Below, piece after piece: positions 1 to 1,642 of a DNA stretch of 1,642 nt. The notes under the pieces were generated by a model that was not told the DNA's origin, ran no database searches, and saw only the letters and a list, made by a program, of their open reading frames with translations. The stretch is taken from the NCBI GenBank assembly GCA_000004985.1, contig GG739360.1. The stretch is one strand, 5' to 3'. Position numbers and translations under genes: made by a program. This stretch comes from Naegleria gruberi (taxonomy: Eukaryota). Positions within the stretch are counted from its first letter, which is position 1. The number at the start of each line of letters is the position of its first letter.

Positions 1-642
1 ATCTGATTGTTTACCCTCTGCTTCCTCCGCATAGATACCAAAGTCAATATTTAAACCTGCCAAGCCCAAAATTTGCAAACTCAAATTTGGGTAGTCATCA
101 TGTTCGAGAATGCAATTGTTTGTACCATCGCATCTCCTATCCCACATCTCAAACATTGAATTACAAGACTCTACTGCAACCTTACAGAGATATTTGAGAT
201 TTTTTGGACCAAATGCTGGATTACAAACTTTAAAGTGTTTCTTCCAACTTTCATTGTTTTGTGCTGATAGAATATTTTCCCCAAAGAAGGCTGCCACATT
301 GTAATTTGGCTTTTCGAAATTGTGAGCCTTTGCAATGAAGTATTCTTTCAATAATTTTGGATCACTAATCCAAACAGAATTTGATTTAGAAGTGGTCAAT
401 CTGAATGTTTTAGTTATTGGGTCTCCATACTTTTCCACAGCCTTGACCAGATCGTTATAGCTACCAATATAACTATAAGGAGAAAGGAAGGGAATATGAA
501 AGAATGAAAATGAAAGCAATTGCCAAGCTCCTGGCACATGTTTCATTTTTTCAAATTGGGCATTCGTTTGTATCCATAATTTTATCAACCAAACTGCCAG
601 AGCAGAGGCTGTAATACATAAAACAGTTAATAATAGAGACAT
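1..642 (-). CDS. Cytochrome P450 monooxygenase, N-terminal 214 aa (5' partial in window; the gene continues beyond position 1). Membrane-anchored microsomal type, possibly CYP56/DIT2-like.
   Basis: The reverse complement of 642..1 is an uninterrupted 214-codon ORF starting at an ATG (complement of 640-642) in an A-rich context (caaagaaaATGtct). Translation: MSLLLTVLCITASALAVWLIKLWIQTNAQFEKMKHVPGAWQLLSFSFFHIPFLSPYSYIGSYNDLVKAVEKYGDPITKTFRLTTSKSNSVWISDPKLLKEYFIAKAHNFEKPNYNVAAFFGENILSAQNNESWKKHFKVCNPAFGPKNLKYLCKVAVESCNSMFEMWDRRCDGTNNCILEHDDYPNLSLQILGLAGLNIDFGIYAEEAEGKQSD. It has an N-terminal hydrophobic signal-anchor followed by the conserved P450 N-terminal blocks: (E)KYG..f.....g....v.isDPel.Ke.f, then G.g.l.a.ge.Wk..rk...paF, then .l..i....FG.dfg. 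The ORF reaches the window edge without a stop. The family call rests on recalled motif patterns and was not database-checked. The subfamily (DIT2/CYP56-like) is a weak guess based on the EKYG...FAK...Y...A..G.N..SA....W....R.. arrangement. Confidence 0.72.
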   Translation of the reverse strand, partial: MSLLLTVLCITASALAVWLIKLWIQTNAQFEKMKHVPGAWQLLSFSFFHIPFLSPYSYIGSYNDLVKAVEKYGDPITKTFRLTTSKSNSVWISDPKLLKEYFIAKAHNFEKPNYNVAAFFGENILSAQNNESWKKHFKVCNPAFGPKNLKYLCKVAVESCNSMFEMWDRRCDGTNNCILEHDDYPNLSLQILGLAGLNIDFGIYAEEAEGKQSD

Positions 643-1074
643 TTTCTTTGATAACTAATAGATGATGTGAATAATCTAGAAGCAATTCAAAAACAACATC
701 AAGTCGGATGTGAGACTTTGTTTGTTAGAGAATGAAGGGATTTGCGCTTGTTTCTATTTAACTTCCAGATGGGTAGTGTCTTTTACAATAACATTTCAAC
801 CCCAATTCTTGTTTGATTACAATTTATTGCATCTATGGTAAGGTATTCATTAAGGATCATTAATACTGGGCAAAGAGAAAGGAAATATTCTTCGACACTA
901 TTCTTAGAATTTATTACACTCATTAAAACAATAATTAAATTACTAGAGAGATGCATCTATTACAATTACTTATTTCAACACCTGTTTATGTCTGAAACAT
1001 TTCATCCTACTTCACTTTACCATCAAAAAGCTTCAAGTCGTCAATACAAGCCATCACAATTCAACACAAAAAAA
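643..1074. promoter_or_regulatory. Shared divergent (head-to-head) intergenic/promoter region between the P450 gene (minus strand) and the AIP1-like gene (plus strand). It includes the 5' UTRs of both genes.
   Basis: It lies between the two start codons (complement of 640-642, and 1075-1077). It is AT-rich and carries TATA-like elements such as TATTTAA at 757-763 and AATAATTAAATTA at about 929-941, roughly 135-145 nt upstream of the AIP1 ATG. There is an A-rich tract immediately before each ATG. No transcription start site can be placed from sequence alone. Confidence 0.5.
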
Positions 1075-1090
1075 ATGTCCATCTCTCTCC
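1075..1090 (+). CDS. AIP1: Exon 1 of an Aip1/WDR1-family WD40 protein (actin-interacting protein 1): ATG plus 13 nt, encoding M-S-I-S-L and the first base of codon 6.
   Basis: ATG at 1075-1077 sits in a strong yeast-type context (aaaaaaaATGtcc). MSISL matches the conserved Aip1 N-terminus (S. cerevisiae Aip1 begins MSSISL, from memory). It is followed immediately by a GTAAGT 5' splice site at 1091-1096. If the intron were retained, translation would stop after 18 codons (TAA at 1129-1131). Confidence 0.65.
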
Positions 1091-1130
1091 GTAAGTATTT
1101 TTTCTCGCTTGGGCAAGGAATATCTTAAGC

Positions 1131-1270
1131 TTGATGATTCTTTTTTGATGTTGGTGTATACATGATGATTTGATGCGGATAATGAATACAATGTATTATC
1201 ATTGATGATTAATAATGATACCGACACTTTGATCTGTTGTATACAATGATTTGTTTGAATCATGATGATG
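1131..1270 (+). repeat. TGATGA-rich intronic segment with imperfect direct repeats (tgtatacATGATGAtttgatg at 1155-1175 and tgtatacAATGAtttgtttg at 1238-1257; further TGATGA copies at 1132-1137, 1203-1208 and 1263-1268).
   Basis: The intron holds four exact copies of the hexamer TGATGA (1132, 1163, 1203, 1263) and one TGATG (1172-1176). Two 20-nt segments share the GTATAC-A(A/T)GAT...TTTG core about 83 nt apart. Confidence 0.45.
1156..1244 (+). ncRNA. Candidate intron-encoded box C/D-like snoRNA, hypothetical and non-canonical. Proposed layout: GUAUAC stem, box C AUGAUGA, guide, C' UGAUGA, guide, CUGU in the box D position, GUAUAC stem.
   Basis: All elements are seen directly in the sequence. 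A palindromic GTATAC at 1156-1161 is immediately followed by AUGAUGA (1162-1168, a perfect RUGAUGA box C). An internal UGAUGA lies at 1203-1208 (C'-like). At the 3' end, cuuugaU-CUGU-u-GUAUAC (CUGU 1234-1237, GTATAC 1239-1244) mirrors the terminal stem and D-box geometry. Because GTATAC is self-complementary, the two copies can form a 6-bp terminal stem. The 89-nt length is typical of C/D snoRNAs. The weakness is the D box: it is CUGU rather than the almost invariant CUGA, and there is no CUGA anywhere in the intron, so confidence is low. Confidence 0.2.
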
Positions 1271-1314
1271 TCGTGTGATACTACTGCAAATAACAACAAT
1301 AACATTTTATAAAG

Positions 1315-1642
1315 AAAACGTATACGGTGGTGTCCCAAATACCGAAAGAGGCCGTCCAACTTTTATTTCTGCTGCTCCTGCCTCCAAGTCTGGTAAATTC
1401 ACCTATGGTTCTGGAACCAATGTTTTGATCCGTGATTTGAACAATTTGCTTTCTATTGACTATTATACTCAACACACTCATAAGGTCAATGTTGCAAAGT
1501 TCGCACCAACAGGTTTTTACATTGCTTCAGGAGATGAGTCAGGTAATGTTCGTATTTGGTCAACTGAAAATGCTGACAAGACCATCAAATTGGAAAAGCG
1601 TGTCTTGTCAAAGAGTGTTCGTGATTTGGCTTGGACTGGTGA
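1315..1642 (+). CDS. AIP1: Exon 2 of the Aip1/WDR1-family WD40 protein (3' partial; continues beyond the window). Encodes the start of the first WD40 beta-propeller blade.
   Basis: Open frame to the window edge with yeast-like codon usage: (Q)NVYGGVPNTERGRPTFISAAPASKSGKFTYGSGTNVLIRDLNNLLSIDYYTQHTHKVNVAKFAPTGFYIASGDESGNVRIWSTENADKTIKLEKRVLSKSVRDLAWTG. It contains the WD-repeat signature ...H...V..v.FsP.G.y.aSGDesG.vriW. This aligns closely with the S. cerevisiae Aip1 N-terminal region (NFTTHLSYDP...FVRCLDDG...[35 protein letters not shown]), recalled from memory and not searched. That this is coding sequence is near-certain. The exact 5' boundary depends on the splice-acceptor call. Confidence 0.82.

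Larger units (their letters stand above)
1091..1314 (+). other. AIP1: Spliceosomal intron of the AIP1-like gene: 224 nt, phase 1, 5'SS GTAAGT, 3'SS AG at 1313-1314.
   Basis: The donor GTAAGT lies directly after codon 5. The downstream reading frame (positions = 0 mod 3) is closed by a TGA at 1266-1268 and contains no ATG, so exon 2 can only be reached by splicing. Joining 1090 to 1315 restores the frame (c + aa = CAA, Gln) and gives MSISL-QNVYGGVPNTERGRPTF..., which aligns with yeast Aip1 [21 protein letters not shown]... The stretch 1130-1312 (183 nt) contains no AG dinucleotide at all, so 1313-1314 is the first AG downstream of any plausible branch site. There is no perfect TACTAAC. The nearest branch-like sequences are aAaTAAC at 1289-1295 and cAaTAAC at 1297-1303. 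Confidence 0.68.

Noticed and set aside
110-304. + strand 64-aa ORF from the supplied track
   Set aside because: It lies entirely antisense to the well-supported minus-strand P450 coding sequence. It shows no recognisable protein features and is low-complexity. It is an antisense artefact of the P450 frame.
1061-1070. ACACAAAA just upstream of the AIP1 ATG, resembling a mid-sporulation element (Ndt80 site) that might regulate a DIT2-like P450
   Set aside because: It lacks the leading G of the gNCRCAAAW consensus. It lies inside the A-rich AIP1 5' UTR, 430 bp and a whole gene start away from the P450 ATG. It is most likely just part of the poly-A tract preceding the AIP1 start.
835-1128. + strand 97-aa ORF (MVRYSLRIINTGQ...KKMSISLRKYFFSLGQGIS)
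   Set aside because: This frame contains the real AIP1 start codon at 1075 but then reads through the GTAAGT donor into the intron and stops at TAA 1129-1131. The 80-aa upstream extension, and the shorter one from ATG 988, have no counterpart in Aip1 homologues, which start at MSxISL. ATG 835 and ATG 988 have poor contexts, whereas 1075 has aaaaaaaATG. I treat these as 5'-UTR/promoter sequence.
1091-1314. Canonical box C/D snoRNA call with a proper CUGA D box
   Set aside because: Neither CUGA nor its complement TCAG occurs anywhere in the intron, so a textbook C/D snoRNA cannot be called. Only the non-canonical CUGU variant remains. It is reported as a low-confidence finding, not as a firm feature.
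1349-1351. Alternative 3' splice site at AG 1349-1350, also in phase with exon 1
   Set aside because: It is not the first AG after the branch region. Using it would delete QNVYGGVPNTERG, which aligns with the conserved Aip1 N-terminal segment [10 protein letters not shown]. The acceptor at 1313-1314 is preferred.
1054-1359. - strand 101-aa ORF
   Set aside because: It is antisense to AIP1 exon 1, the intron and the start of exon 2. It is AT-rich with a low-complexity translation (MLLLLFAVV...) and shows no homology signal. It is an artefact.
1281-1481. - strand 66-aa ORF
   Set aside because: It is antisense to the strongly supported WD40-coding exon 2 and has no protein features.
1-1642. Prokaryotic interpretation (operon, RBS, defence island, CRISPR, mobile element)
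   Set aside because: There is a GTAAGT...AG intron that interrupts a conserved eukaryotic WD40 gene. The start-codon contexts are A-rich yeast-type. There is a microsomal P450 with a signal anchor. There are no Shine-Dalgarno motifs, no CRISPR-like repeat-spacer units, and no terminal inverted repeats or transposase-like ORFs. The window is an ordinary fungal chromosomal locus.

Overview
This window is eukaryotic, most likely from an AT-rich budding-yeast (Saccharomycotina-type) genome, and is not a prokaryotic accessory region. It holds two divergently transcribed protein-coding genes separated by a 432-bp intergenic region. On the minus strand, 642..1 encodes the N-terminal 214 aa of a membrane-anchored cytochrome P450 that runs off the left edge. 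It was not listed in the supplied ORF track. On the plus strand sits a two-exon gene for an Aip1/WDR1-type WD40 actin-interacting protein. Exon 1 is 1075..1090 (MSISL plus 1 nt), followed by a 224-nt spliceosomal intron (1091..1314, GTAAGT...AG, phase 1). Exon 2 is 1315..1642 and runs off the right edge. All four ORFs in the supplied track are artefacts: they are antisense to a real gene, or they read through the intron. The one candidate novelty is inside the intron: an approximately 90-nt element with box C/D snoRNA architecture (1156..1244), consisting of palindromic GTATAC terminal stems flanking a box C AUGAUGA, an internal C' UGAUGA, and a 3' CUGU in the box D position. It lacks a canonical CUGA D box, so it is a hypothesis only. 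No mobile element, CRISPR array or prokaryotic defence system is supported by the sequence.
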